This document shows positions 12,901-28,235 of a DNA stretch of 64,000 nucleotides, in pieces; within the stretch, counting starts at the first letter, position 1, and each line of letters starts with the position of its first letter. The stretch comes from Chrysomallon squamiferum (taxonomy: Eukaryota; Animalia; Mollusca), in NCBI GenBank assembly GCA_012295275.1, contig CM022672.1, positions 10,602,001 through 10,666,000 on the forward strand. The letters are read 5' to 3'. The position numbers and the translations under genes were made by a program. The notes beneath the pieces are model-generated. The model was not told where the DNA came from and did no database searches. It worked only from the letters and a program-made list of their open reading frames with translations.

Positions 12901-15900
12901 CCACTCATCATTTTTTGTAGCACATTGATAAATTTGTATGAATAAATTTTCATTTTGGCATCATTGAAGAAATTATTTTCTTTAAATTTTATTCTTGGCT
13001 ATAATAGTTATATTACTTTATTTATTAAATTGTTTTGTTTTACATGAATTTTTAATTGATTTGCTAAAATAGCTGGAAGGATAATATTAATTATGTATAT
13101 GATGACAGAATGAAATAATTATAAGAACAAAATGTTGTAAAAAATTAAACAGATTTAATTATGGTATGTTCTTTTAACAATCTGAATTTTTAGTTATTAT
13201 TTTCTTTTTTTTTAAATTTGGTTATTGATTATTATTATTATTATTATTATATTATTATTATATTTTTTTTTTTTTGTTTTTTTTTTTTTTTTGTTGCTTT
13301 CCTCAGTTAATACTGATAATTGTTGGTCTCAGATGATCTTCTCTGGACAGTATCTCCAGCACATTTCATAAAAGTCAATTATTTGTAAGATGTGTTTTAA
13401 GTTATAGTATTTCTTAACTTCTAAATATTCAAGACTGAAATGCAAACTGCATTTACCAGTGTATGTGTATGTTTGTGAAATGATTAAAAAATAATAATAA
13501 TAATAAAAAAAAAAAAAAAAAAATAAAATAAAATAAAACCAATGCAAATATGATTTTGTCATTCTGTATTCTGCAGATTTAAAAAATGAAATGTTGATTC
13601 ATTTGCATTTATTATTATTATTATTATTATTATTTTTTTTTTGGATTTAAATATTAATTGATATCAGATGTATATCAGTTCTCACTCTGTGGAGTATACA
13701 CTGGTGGCTTGTTATTTACCATATCTCTGTTACTTTTATCTGATTTATGGACTTTTAAAAGCGTTGTCTCCATTAACACGCAATTTGTAGTATCTGAATG
13801 CACACAGAAGAATTATATTTATTGATTTGTAATGTCATGAAATATTTCATTTTCACTTTGCTTGAGAAGAACAGACTGTATCAGGTTTCAGAGATATTTA
13901 GCTGTGTCACTTAATTTGTTGCTTTCGGCAAGCATACCGATATAAATCATTAATTTTGATCAATAACAAATTCTCTGCAAGTTACCACTTTATATACATG
14001 TGGATGTTATGTATCAAATATTTGTGGTAGTTTGTTGTTTACAGTTCTCAGTAGGTCCTTCAATAATTGACAGTCTTCATTCTGAAATAATAATAAAATA
14101 CTGAAACCAAATATAGAACTTATTTTAAAATTTTTATAAGCTTTTGTATATGTCAAAAAGACTGCTTTTGCTCTGTTCCTATTCAAAATATATTCAGAAT
14201 TTTGCTCAGTATTCTTATTAAATATGAATAGAGAATCCTCTTGGGCTGGTTTCTCTATATTTGTTTTCTACAGCTGAATTCGATACAACTCCCACTTTAG
14301 CATAAAGCTTAGAAGTTCTAAGTTAAGTTGTGTTTCTAATTATAGATGCACATTTCTTTATCTAGAATGTAATGTGGTCCACAAAACGTAATATTAATCA
14401 AAATCAATAATGAGGATATATTTTATTACTTAAATCTCACAAAAATTTATAAATTTCCTGGATTTAAGAAGTAATGAAAGACCAATTAAAATTTGTTGAA
14501 CTCGCTTGATACTTCATAAGAATACTAGCTTAGGTGGTTTTTTTCGTTGGTTTTTTGTTGGTATAAATATAATAAAAAAGTTGAAAAATAGAAATATTAA
14601 TTCATTTCAAACTTGTGTATATGTGCTTGGATGCTTGCATGCATGCATATGTCTGTGTTTTTTTTTAATATTAAAATCCATTTAGAAATGTCACGTCATT
14701 TCTGTTAATTAAAGATAGGAAATGGAACTTAACTGCTATCAGTAGATTGTTTTATTTTGTCATCATACACAAATTACAGATTAGAAATAAATAGCATTTT
14801 TAATCTTTATCATCTTCTGTCTGACATTAAATGGCTGAAATATTGCATTCTATCAGTATTAGAAGGATGATAGTAAATGGGAAAACTGATACTAAATCGT
14901 TAAATGGGAAAACTGTGCCAAGTTAAGCTATGTATTTATTTCTTCAAGTAATTTCCGATTTCTTCAGGAGGATAAGCACTTAACCTTTTCATGTCTCTTA
15001 ATTTCAGGAGCAGTGTTACGAGAAATGGCAACAAGGCCAATAATTTCAGCTGATGTCGGTTACAAGGGAACGCAGTTGAAACTCCAATTAGTACTGAAAG
15101 GAGGCCAGAAAGTGGCTTTTAAACCCATGTGGTGTGTACAGCAGTATTCACGACACTAAGTATATATAATGATCTTAAATGTTGTATTCAGATACAAGTA
15201 AAAGGAGAGTTAATAACAAAGGAATATTGTTAGACAATTGTTTGTAGCTGTGTATATTACTTTGACAAGTAGCTGTTACTTAGTTGCTTCTTAATAACAT
15301 GTAATTGTTGATTCTGTATTTTATGCAGTAATTGTTTGTCTCCAACCTCATGTATACATGCAAAATTTGTAATAGATTTTTAAAAAACATTTAAATATAT
15401 TAATATCCATTTTTTTTTTTTTTTTAATTATAATATGTTTATTTTCCAACATACAATCTACTATGCTATATTGTTTGAAATATCTGCTTTAGAAAGCAGT
15501 ATATAAATTTTATTAGTTTAGAAAATGGACTTTATTGAATTGTTACCTGGTTAAGAACAGCTATCTAGTTTTCAGACCAAGTCATTACCAAGTCTTTGTG
15601 ATCTTATCAGATGCATGTCAATTAATTTGTCATGCTGATCTCAGAATTAATTTACAAGACACAACATCTGAATTAAGCTGATTTAATTCGACTCTAATAT
15701 ATACTTTATGTGAATTTTATGCCTGACAGGAATAAACATGCCAAAGCCATGTGGAACTGGTTTGATTGGTAAAATAAAAAGTATCAGCAAGGTTATTTAT
15801 CTCAGCAGGCAGGTATGCAAATGTAATGAAAAACATACTTGCCCCCTCCCTTCCCTGTATTGATTTGTTTTCACAGAATTTGATATTATTCATAAAGTAC

Positions 15901-16758
15901 AAAAAGATTACATTTGTGATCAATTATAATTAAGAGAATACAAGATTAGTAAAGTACTAGCCAGAGACTGGATAGGTACAAGATTGATCCTATCCACGGG
16001 GTACAAGTAGTTCATGTGAAGAAAAAAACAACAACCTCAGAGTACTTCATGAAATTAAATGGTATCAGTAGGTTTATCATTAATATGAAAATGTGTTTAG
16101 TATTATTAACCAACTACTTACTAATGCGTGTTGTTAACTGATTGATTATTTGTGTTCACTAACAGGTACAGTCGAGATTATGTAGTTACAGGTCCACCAT
16201 ATGGTGGTGCTGATAGACATAATGGAGAAATAGCTTCATTTCATCTTGGCAGGTAAGTTTGATTTTTTTTATTAATTAACAAAATCATATGTTTTGAATT
16301 ACAACAATAATTCAAGTCACTGACAGAGTAAGGTAGATTTGAGTGTTGAACATAAACTGTATTAAAGACTGTACATTAACTTGGGTGTTTTCATTTGAAA
16401 TCAGTCATTAAACTGATGTGATTGTGAGAATTATGGCAGTATTACTCCACTATAAGATGATCTGTTTGGTCTTAAACATCAACATAATTCAGTGTAATAA
16501 AAGCACTTTAATTAAACATGAAGTGGAGAAAATACTGTTACTTGCTATCAGCATCAGTATTGTATTTGCAGCATCTCAAATTAGTCTGAAAGATTTCCCA
16601 GGGTGTATCACAGTATTGTAATTGCAAACTGAACAGTAACTGATAAATAATTTAAGTGTAAAATGATGTTTCAGACTGTTTTGGAATTACCACAGCAGCA
16701 ATGTAAATGAACCAGATCTCTTACAGATGTTTTCTGTTCCTTGTTTTATTGACAGTTT

Positions 16759-16811
<53 letters not shown>

Positions 16812-19800
16812 GTCATTTCTTTCAGTTTAAAATTCTAAAACTAATTGAAAACTTATCAAAATTTTGTGTCTGTCTTCATTTAAATTTGTCAGAGAAAATA
16901 ACTGTTAACATTTTTTTGTGGTAAAAATTATTTGACAACATACCTTTATCTGTCCTGAAGAAAACTGTATTTGACTGGCAGTGTTTCAGCTCTTATTTTA
17001 ATGATTTGAAATTTGTTGTAGAATTTTAGAACTCAGAAGAACCCCACTGGCTGTTGGAAGAAGAATAAGACTAAAACGAGAAATAATCCCTGTTAGTACA
17101 CCAGAACTGCGCAAAACATTTTTCACAAAAGGTATTATTAGATCCTCCTTTGTAGCTACTTTTTATATTATTTAATTCACTTATACACATGATTATTTAA
17201 ATAAAACCAACCACAAGGATGTTTTTGTTTCATTTGTATTGTTAAACAAAACTGTTATGGCTATTGCTGGTCCGTTAATTGAGAGCTAATTGTTAATATT
17301 GATTATTAGCAGAAAAAAAAGAAGGAAAATGATTACTGACACGTTATAAACTAAATCTTTGGTAATATGATAATATTAGATGTCTGAATATACTTTATTT
17401 TATATGTTTCTCAGCCAGTTTTTATTAATAATGAAGTAGGACAATAAACAGCAAACTTGCAAAAATGCTGTAAGGTGTACATTTTCAAAGCTGTCTTTAC
17501 ATCATTTTGTAAACAGAATTATAGAGCAATCTTCAGCAATGAGAATATAACATTGCAAAGCGTATCTCTGGTTTTCATTGTATGTGAAGTAATTTCACCA
17601 TTTAAATATATAAACACATTTTTATTTATTTATTGCTGTACTTTATTATAAGCAGACATTTAATGCCTGTAATACAAAAAACCACAAAAAAAAAAACACA
17701 CACAAAACAATAACTAAAGAACAATAAATTTGAATGTACAAAACTACTTTATTTATTCAGACCACAATTCATTTTAAAAAGAGAAGATTTGAACACTGTT
17801 TTCAGTTGTAGAGTTCTAATATATATATATATATATTTTTTTTTTGGCTTATTTTAACTTTTTATTAATTATATTTAACATGATACTTTCATTTTAAAAA
17901 TTAATATTTTATTATGTTATTTTGTTCAATGAAATGAAAACCTAAAAATGTGGATAATATTTATTGTATTTTGTTGTGTTTTGACTGGTGCATTGCTTGC
18001 AGAAAAGAAATGATTGTTTCCATGAAACATGACATTTCATTGTGTTCTCCCTCAGGTCCTACTTGGAGCATCTGTTACTGTACTCTTGCATTTGGTTTAC
18101 ATTATACTTTGATTGTGTGTTTTATGGGTCTGGTAATGTTTAATATCTGAACAGAAATATGAGAAAAATGTTTTTGTTTTTAAAACCACTTCAATTTAAA
18201 ATGTATTTTGCACAGCTGTAAATTGTTATGTAATGCAGGTGAGAGTGAAACTGTGTAAATGTCAGATGGTAACAATACTGATGCATATTTGTGACAACAG
18301 TTTCAATCTGTATGTCATGGCTTCCCTGAAACAATATAAAATAAATACTCATTATGTGCAACTCTTATTTCTAGGTAATATAATGGAAGCATTTTATTAC
18401 AGGCACAGAGTTAATATTATGTGATTTGACAAATAAGCTAGTTCTAAATAATCTGTTCTGTTTTAAATTTCAACACATTTTGTTTTTAGACTTGTATAGC
18501 TGTTATTGCATTTAAAGGAAATAGATGATACTTTTATATTATTTATTTATTTATTTATTAAATCATTATAAATATATAGATGCAGCATCTTTTCATTCTT
18601 TCCTTATCATCACTGAATATATTGTTTTCAAAATTCCTGTTGCTTTTTTTGTTTGTTAAATGTCCTATGTGATGTAAAATTACAAGCACACACACACACG
18701 CATGCACACACACACACACACACACACACACGAAAAGTAAAAAACTGCAGACACTTAACATTGTTATCCAGATCTCCAGTAATAATAAACTTTAGCAGCA
18801 TATTCTAAACACAAAAAAAAAAAGAAATTTATAATAAGAACCACAATATTAGACATCTCATTCTATTACTCAGAAGAGCAGAATATGACACATTATGTCA
18901 CTTGTATTCCCAGATGCATAGAACAGGGATACAGTAACTTATTTTTAAATTACTTCTTTCAGGAAATGACACCTGTTTCTATGGAAAGTGTTACTACTGT
19001 AAAGGACCTGCAGATGGAGTGTGTGCTAATGGTGATGTCCTTGAAGGAACGATGGTGCTGTGGCTGCCAGCTCGTTTCAAGCTGAAAGCACACAGACATC
19101 CCTGGGCTCAGGCGATATGTAGAGGGAAAAAAGGCTGTGTAAGTTACTTTTAACATTAATTTATAGTGTTAAATAAAAAAATTTAAATTTAAAAAGTATA
19201 TATTTGATAAATATATTTTTATGCAAAACTGATATATAGTAAAATTTACAAAAAAGTGAGATTAAACATTAAATAAACTTTACTGAATTTTAGAACATTC
19301 TCAAAACAGAATGTATTTAATATATTTTACGTAATATGTGTCAAAATTTATTTTAAAACACAGCACATGAGGTTGTATAGTAAAATACAGAAAACTATCT
19401 CATGCTAAACATTAAATAAACTTTTCTAAATTTTGAAAACATTATTGAAAAAGAAAGAGTGTATAAAATACATTTTATTATCATCATAATTATGTGTTAA
19501 AATTTGTATTAACACACAGCAGATGTCCTGTGCAAAACAGATATATAATAAAGTACAGAAAATATTAAATATATTTTAATTAGTATCTGTTAAAATGGAT
19601 ATTTTGTTAACTATCTCAAATATCTAATATGAAAAGGAAGCAGTAGTTTTCAGACTATTAGCATTTACAATTTCTTTAGTTTCGGATTTTAGAAATGTTT
19701 TTTACATTTTTAAAGTTTTATCAAAAATATATTTTTAAAGAGAAAAACAAAAACAGCTTGGATAGTTATTTACATTTTTATACAAAAACTAAAATCATCC

Positions 19801-21614
19801 ATTAAACAATATGATTCCTAGAATATTTTAATTTCCATTGTGCAAGTGATGGGTTCAGAAAAAATCCAACTTTATATATTATATGTATATTTTCAAGAAC
19901 TATTTTCTGTATCCTACCAACAGCTGGGAATCAAACAAGAATTACTGTACACTGGTGAGACAGCTAGATCTGTACAAGAAGACCAGACTTCTGCTGGACA
20001 TCATAGACACAGCCATCTTTGATTACCTCATTGGCAATGCGGACAGACACCTGTATGAAACATTTGCTGGACGTAATGACAGCATGCTGCTAATTCTAGA
20101 CAATGCTAAGAGGTAAGTAAATTTTTGTTGATGCACTTAACTGATGGTTTTGGAAGATATCTTTAGAAAATGAAAAAAACTGATGTTTTTTTTCTTCTTT
20201 TTCTTGAGCCATTGCCTTTTAAATAGTGTACAGTTCAGTCAGAATTTTATTCATATGCTGTTGTTATTATTGTTGTTGTTAATTTTAATTTTAATTTTTA
20301 TTTATTTATTTTATTTTTATTTTTATTTTTTATTTTATTTTTATTTTTTTTTTTTTTATTTTTTTTTTGTTGTGTAAATATTTTATATTTAAAACAAATA
20401 AAAATAAAAAATAAAAAAATAAAATAAAAATAAACAAGTTCATTTATAAATGAAAATTTATTTCTGTTTTGAGAATTGATCATCCACTGTTGGGTCACAA
20501 ATTGGTATTTGAAAAATAGAAAATTGTTGTGAATGTTAAAAGCAAGTGAAAATTAAGACATAAGCAAACTGGATTATTCAGGCAGTGATGTAGCATCACT
20601 CTCTTATTTATTGTTTATTTCTCTATATTCAACTTCAATATAGAAAACTGAAAATTTTCAAGACTGATTTATATATTTAAAATTTTTGTTTTTCAGTTTT
20701 GGTAATCCTGATGTAGACGTATTTGACATACTTGCTCCTCTAACACAGTGCTGCAGGTAAGAATAAAAACAGTGTGTTAAATTCACTGAAACTGCAGCAT
20801 GTCAGTGTGTATGTAACAGGTACTGTATAAATAAAGTATAATAATAATAATGATGAGGATGATACTAATAATAATAATAATGTATAAAACTTCATTAATA
20901 AGTGATAGTTAAAATCAAATGACTTAATGGAGTTTCAACAGTAAACACTGATTTATTTTGTTTTATCATATTACTATTACTACTACTACTGGTATTTATT
21001 TTCATAGAAATTACTTAAATTTCCTTTTGTTTATTATTATCAATCATTAATTTTGATTCTTTTCATGATAAACTACACAGTGTCTGGAAATTATAGAACT
21101 TATATAAATGAAGAGGATGTTTATATAAAAATATATTTTGTTTATTTTTCCAAGACTGAAATATTGGGCATTTTTATAAACCCTGAATCAAAACCATGAT
21201 TGGTGTTTTTTAACTATTTGACGTAGGTGTTTTTAAAACACTTATTTTAATTAGGAATATGAATTATGAAAATCTGGGTGAAACATTCTAGTTCAGATGT
21301 AAAAATTTATGACTAATTTTACATCTGTTTGGCACTTACCTCTATGTCATTCATTATTCTTACACAGTTCATGTCATCCCAAACCATTTTGACTTTTCAG
21401 CGTCAGATTTTCCACCTGGCAGAAATTGCTGGAATTGCAAAATGGAGTTCTCAGCAAAGTGTTACAGGCTGTTCTGGCCCAGGATCCCATCGCACCAGTG
21501 ATTTCACAGCCACATTTCCAAGCTTTCGACAGAAGACTTAAACACATAATACTTGAAATAGAAAAGTGTGCCAGGACGTATGGAATGAGAAGTATAGTTA
21601 TGATAGAGAGTTAA
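9905..21614 (+). CDS. FAM20B: Glycosaminoglycan xylosylkinase FAM20B, about 410 aa, 8 coding exons; apparent 1-nt insertion in exon 5
   Basis: Exons 9905-10178, 15008-15131, 16166-16252, 17022-17131, 18963-19138, 19924-20112, 20697-20756, 21401-21614. N-terminal TM anchor, then [87 protein letters not shown]. Exons sum to 1234 nt (one extra base). Confidence 0.96.
19215..19560. repeat. Intronic imperfect tandem duplication (unit of about 150 bp, roughly 2.3 copies)
   Basis: TATAGTAAAAT..TAAACATTAAATAAACTTT..AACATT..TATGTGT.AAAATTT..ACACAGCA.ATG is repeated. Confidence 0.7.
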
Positions 21615-24600
21615 CATAGTTTTTTTTAATTTTTAACGATTCCCCTTGTCTTCCATGTCCGTTGTTTAATATCTCTTGTCAGTCATGCATTTGTATCCCA
21701 TGGCATAAGATAATTTTATAAATTTCATAATAATAAAAAAAGGTTTTGTTTGTGACTGTGATAGTAGACATCATTCCGGTGACCTGAAACTAACTTTTTC
21801 CTCTTTTCACACGTGGAATTTAACAGGTTGCTAATTGCAGTATCCATGTTCATATATGTGCCTAAAAGTTTTCATGAAAAAGTTGTTTTTATATTTCATT
21901 AATTTGTTTATATGTTCTTGCTAGGTGATTATTTTTATAAAATTATTGAAATGAAATGAGGGAAACATTATGTTTTTTGCTTGTAACCAATGTTTCGTTA
22001 GTTGAAAACTAAAATGATAAAATTGTTACATTTATAAAAAAAAAAAATTAAAACAAATTATTATCAAATGTTTATAACAGTATCAAAATGTGTTGACCAT
22101 TTTATTATCACATGTTTGTGATCACTGCCAACAGTGATAGGTTTCTTGTAGAATAATTAGTAATACTGGTTTCCTACATGTACATTAGGTATCTTTTAAT
22201 ATGTATATATTATTTTCTTTTTTAAATTTTAACAGAACTTGCTTATCTTATCTGTTACAGATACTAACAAATGATGGAGGTTTTTTTTATTGGCTTATAA
22301 CTTTGTGGGAGTTTGTGCACATAAATGTTCATGTGCTTATGTGTGTGCATGCAAGAGTATGGATAATTTATACATACAGATATAAAATTTTATTTATTAA
22401 TCAAAAATAATATAAAAAATACCATATTCTCCTGCCAAAAACATCTCAGTAATTCAGTTATTTGAATATTCAGACTTTGCATTGATTCATGAATTCTGTA
22501 CAGTACCTCAGTTAAACCCACTGCTGTCAACTTTTTTAGTGCATTGCAGTAGACATGACCTTTTACAACATATTTATGTGTGTTTTACTGAAAAATTTTG
22601 AATGTTTAATAATACCTTATTACTCATATTAAATATTGATTATTGCACAAATCTTATATTAACACTGTAATGATATCCATGAGCAATCAAATAAGAGAAA
22701 TGGTTAAAAAAATATACACTGCCTTCAGTGAAGTGAATTTCTGACTGTCTTAGTTATTTATTTATTTATTTATTATTTATTTTTACTTCAATTAGATTTT
22801 TACTTTTATTATCAAAATATTTGTTGTATATATACATATATAAAAATATTAAAAAAAAAAAATTGTTGTACAAAACCTTAGAAATGAAAATCTTTTTCCT
22901 TTTTGTTCATGCTTTAATATGCAAAACACTTGTGTACTGAAATGCACTGTTTGTCGAGTGAATGAATATTTGTTTTAAAATTAACTGTAAATCATGTAAA
23001 AACAAAAATTTATAATAAAGATACCAAAGAGAGACACAATTTCTGTCAGCAGTAAATAACCTTTTATATACACTTTATCAGTGAGATACAATGTTTTATA
23101 ATATTGCATTAATTAACTGGAGAGATGTTTGTTGGAAGACCTGGTAAGCATTTTATTTTTTTCGAAATTTTTTAATTTACCGTTTACTGAATAATTTGTT
23201 GGATTTTCTGTTTAGAAAGAAATTATACGATAATGACTGATTATAAGTTTTCTTCTTTTCTTGTTTAAAAGTTTTAAAAAGATTTGTAATGACAGTAAAA
23301 ACCAAAATTATGGAAACTGAAAGGGAATGATAATATTGTTTTCCGATTTTGTTTTTTTTCTGTTGTCATTAAGCTGTTTTATTCAGCCTTTTAATTATTT
23401 GCATGTGTGATTATATAGCTATTGTTACTGTGATATATTCATAAAGAAAACCAAAAACAATTTTTAAAAATCCTAAAACCAAAAAATGTACTCAATATTT
23501 TTATAAAAAGCCCAATGTTTCCACTTTTTATACAGTTTTAGTAATATCTTTAAGTTTTAATATTCCTTTTAGCATTTAATTAAAATTGAAGGTAATTAAA
23601 ATTTAAACTGTACTTAGAACTTTCATTATATTTACTCATAATATATTCCAAATTATCATGCATATACTTACTAATAAATGAGATGCACCGATAGATACTT
23701 GTTGATTAATATGAGAAGTTCTATTTATTGAACATTCATCAATTTCACTTCTTTTTACTTTTAAACATTTAAAGACACATATAAAAATTGTAAATTGCTT
23801 TCCAGGAAGATTATGGTTTATAATTTTTTTCACAAAATGTCTTTAAGTCAATATAAATTGATTTATTTTTTAAATAAATTATGTGTGTGCGTGTGTGTGT
23901 GTGTGTGTGTACACACATATATAGTCAGATGTAAAATTAAAGATGGATATGTCAAACCTAAAATTTTTCCTCACTGAAACAAATAGCGTAAATATATATG
24001 AGTGATGATTTTATTTGTTTCTGTCTAATGATAATAAAATAACAAGCTTGTCATGATATAGGATATACATAAGTAGATTTTTCAATTTTGCCGAGAACTA
24101 TAACAAACATGAATGTTACAAAAATGCTCGACAGACTGAGGATATGGTCATTTAAAAAAAACAAAAATACCCTCGTGCACCGTATTCACACACACACACA
24201 CGAACTTTGTAAAGATCCATCCCTTTTTGTAGAGGAAATAAAGCAATTACTTCATAATTATTTTCATACATTATTTTATTACAGAATTAATGATTTCGTC
24301 CCAGTGGGATTAATGTGCAGCAAATTTGATTCAGTCATGAACGAGTTGTCATAAAAAAAAGGAAATAAAAATAGAAAAACTTGAAGTAAAATGTTAGTGG
24401 CTTTATTGAACAAATAATTAATGTGAATGACTGAACTACGGACTATAAATCATAATGCCTTGGGATGTGCTGATAATGAAATTATGTAATAAATATGAAC
24501 TTTTGTTATCACTTCTGATGAGTAGATATTCAGTTTTGCATTAAAACGAAACGAATGAACATACTAATAAACATACACATTTTATTCGTAGATACATACA

Positions 24601-25113
24601 GTTACAATAACAAATAATAGTGTTTTTCATTTTACTCGACCTTTGACAGAAACTGAAAACGTATACAGGGCACAATGCAAAGTTTTATTTCCATTTGAGA
24701 AAGAAAAATTGATCATAATTAGTATCATAATTAATATTAATTTCAATTCTGTTCCAGTATTGAAATAAGAAAATAGTTTTCACCGCAGAAAAAAAAAAAA
24801 AAGTCAGCTAGTTAGAGCACAAAAACAAAGAGAGATAAAAATAATAATTTCAATTTGTCCAGGTATGGAGGGAGATTTTTATGTTTTATTTGGTATGTAG
24901 AACGGTAATGTGTAAGAAGAAAAACACTAACAGTAGTATTCATAGTCAGAAGGCATCATAGGTTGGCACAGAAGACCATAGTAATTAGCTAGAAATTACA
25001 CGAAAAAAAGATTAATATGGCATAAAAATATTTGTTCACTTGAAAGATGTTAGAACCTTCAGTCCTATAATCTGACAGTACCAGGTAATGGTCGAACAGA
25101 AACAGATGATGAT

Positions 25114-25202
25114 TGCGCAGGCGCAAGTGATATTTATTTTCGCCGCTAGAGGCACTGTCGTCACGAAGAAGTTCGTCAGTTATTCCGCAATCACTGTTTC
25201 AG
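25114..25202 (+). promoter_or_regulatory. Promoter-like CpG-rich patch with an NRF1 site and a splice donor
   Basis: Perfect TGCGCAGGCGCA at 25114-25125, local CpG enrichment, and CAG|GTGAGA after 25202. Confidence 0.45.
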
Positions 25203-25914
25203 GTGAGAAAACGTTATTTTGAGGATCAACACTTTATTTGAAGGATTTTAAATATATATATATATATATAAAATATTTTAAGTTCGGAAGCCTGTTAATA
25301 TTTTTCTTTCTTTTTTTTTCTTTTTTTAATGTGAAAATAATGAAGTTTGTTTGAAGCAAAGCCATAATCTAAAATTCCCTACACAAATGATGAAACTATT
25401 ATTTATAAAAAGTCAGCCGAAAGATACGATTTCTGTATTTGTTTCCTACCTTTGAACATATTTTTGTTTTTGTCTAAAACTTGTTTTGGGGTTGCTGGTG
25501 TGTGTGATAATATGTTCATTAATAAAAAATAAAAAAATAATAAAATAAAAAATAAAAAATAAAAATCCTCGATTTAATCCCCACATTACAAACATCACTT
25601 TTTCTACGGTTTTTGGAGATGTCAGTCCTCCTGCAGGCAGTGCAGGAAGGCTGAAGTAGTCTTGTGTCGTGCTCGCACAGACCACACTTACTTGACACAT
25701 TCATTTATCTTAAAGACAGATCTTCCACTTGAGTGTGCGCACTATGCCACGTTTTGATTGCATCCGAATCTCTTATTACATGATACTGTCTTTACTCTCA
25801 ATTTTAACTCTGACTGTCTGAGATATTTGAATTTTTTGACAGTTCTTTACATTGTGTTATAATTTGACGGATACCTTTTTTTTTTTATACCGATATTGAC
25901 TATCATTACATTTT

Positions 25915-25985
25915 GCCTTGACATCCAACAGCCGATGTATTTTTCCTGCTATGATGTCGTTAAACATTGATTAATTGATTCATTC
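25915..25985 (+). mobile_element. Possible SINE 3' tail remnant
   Basis: TTGACATCCAACAGCCGATGTATTTTTC..GTGTCGTTAAAC-like sequence followed by a decayed (ATTC)n tail resembles gastropod SINE ends as I recall them. Not verified by search. Confidence 0.4.
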
Positions 25986-26286
25986 CAGAGCCACATTAGA
26001 TTTTTTTTTTTTAACATTAAAAAATAATAAAAAATAAAAGGAACACCTCTCTCCATTTTTTTTATTAAAAAAAAAAAAAAACCCCATTTAAACAACTATC
26101 TTATTATTTTTATTATTATCATTTTATAATGAACGAATGATAATTTATTAATTTAATTTGCAAGTTTTCGAATTCACAATGGTTTTATCACACATTTTTC
26201 ACGCAGTTCCAAGCTCTCCGTACAAAACTCTTGTGCTTCCATAATATAAAGAAAGAAAAAAAAAATGGCTTTCAGATTTACATTTT

Positions 26287-26562
26287 TCACATTAACTCTA
26301 GCTGTGTCATCATATTTTTAACTTTTTGGGCTTGTGCCGTATTTAGGTCATCCCTTTCAGTGGAGGAAGCATTCGTGTTGCAGCCATCTTGGCAAAGATC
26401 TCTGGGAAATTGTGACGTCGAACGTACGTCTGATGGACCAGCAATGACTTGGTTTTTAGAAGACAGAGCGTTCACGAAGGACTTTTCCTCGAACAAACCG
26501 TCGATGTGATCCCTACGACCTGCTTTCGAGTTCTGAGAAACATTCCGTTTAGTCGAAGCCAT
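26287..26562 (-). CDS. Orphan 91-aa ORF in an exon-like, GC-richer block; unknown product
   Basis: Acceptor TTTCAG 12 nt upstream of the ATG and in frame with it; non-repetitive ORF MASTKRNVSQ...MMTQLELM*; no recognisable domain. Confidence 0.35.
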   Translation of the reverse strand: MASTKRNVSQNSKAGRRDHIDGLFEEKSFVNALSSKNQVIAGPSDVRSTSQFPRDLCQDGCNTNASSTERDDLNTAQAQKVKNMMTQLELM

Positions 26563-28199
26563 TTCTCTAACAGTCTGAAAGAAATAATAATAATAATATT
26601 TAAATATCCATGTCGTTGGTTTGGAGGAAAATACTGATAATAATAATTTATATTACTTTCTGGAATGCTATTGTCATAATAATTATTACTCTTAGATGAA
26701 CAATGTAAATGCTATGATTTGATTTAAATAAATTAAATGTTTAAAGCAAACTTCTATCTCCTATGTTAGATTAAAACACATTTTCTCACCACACATAAAC
26801 AGAAACAAATAAAGATTCCACCCATTTATCGGCAGAAATATGTAGCATGTATATATATATATACATAGCCTATCTATACACAGACATACATTCATAGAAA
26901 TCTGCTTACTTGCATGCTTGCATACATAACATAATAATAATAATAATAATTAACTATATCACAGGTAACAACCAACAGTATTAAAATATAATTTTTTCTT
27001 TGATTTAGAAATTATTCATTCATTTTTGTTTTGTTTTATTGTGTTGCGTTGTGCTGTTTTGTTTTTGTTGTTATTCATTAGTGCACCAAACTACATTCCA
27101 CACTTTTAAAATTAATTACTCGAGATTGGAGTCTGAAGAAAATATCGACTTTATGAATAATGAATTCTGTTTACGAGAAACTCTAGATGCCCTTTCTGAC
27201 AAGACACGGAACTGTAGACATTAACGGTATGTAATCTAGTATCAGTTCAGTACAGACAGCCAAACAGACACCTCTCGGACCTCCTGGTAATTGGAAAAAG
27301 GCGTGCAGATTTTGGGGTCGTTAAATTCCAAATGCTTTGTAGTAGTCGTAATTAATTAAAATAGTTGTTGCTGTGGTAGCTTCGTTGAAGTTATAACATT
27401 GCTGGTAACTGTGACAGTATCATTTTTTTTTTTTTTTTAGCAGAAGTAATAAACATATTGACATGATAATTGTATGTATAGTATGTGTATTCCGAAAGAC
27501 AATTTATGTTTTTTTTTTTTTTTTTTTTTTTTTTTTGCATGTTTTTTTTTAATTTATATATTTATGATTTTATTTATTTATTTTGTCGACTAATATGAAT
27601 GTGTATGTAATTCAGATTTGTTTGATGTATATAAAAAAATTGGTATTCAGATGTTTCACGCACATGCACACATTTCTATTGACCTTGAAAGTAATATGCA
27701 ACACAGTAGTAACAGCGTCAACTCCCGTTCCTAAAATATTGTTCCTGATTTCGTTTCTTTGTAATACAATATCTGTAGCGACTGCATGATTTACTGCCTT
27801 ACTGGTAAGTACCTGTCGACAGTACGCACTAATCTCAGAAAAAAAGTACATCATAAATAAATAAATATGACTTCCGTATCTTTACCACTGATCATCAGTG
27901 TAAATTTCACTACGTACCGGGGAAGAAAAAAACAACAACAGAAAAACAAAAAAGAAGGAATAACTAAAATATAATACGAACAGTTATGATGTTTACTTGT
28001 GTACCGGTGTTTTACGAAACATTGATAAAGATTTTGACATATAGATGGTACTCATAAAGATACATAAGGATGGATCAAGGATTTTAAAAAGCAGACATAA
28101 CCGTAACTGAAATAAGTTTCATAGTAAGGATTAGGGGGGTGACACAAATGAGTAATAGATATACTTTTCTTGAATATGTGCCGGGCACACCCTCTTCAG

Positions 28200-28235
<36 letters not shown>

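Noticed and set aside
25140-25158. CTCF-like motif CCGCTAGAGGCACT
   Set aside because: One base short of the core consensus spacing; cannot be supported.
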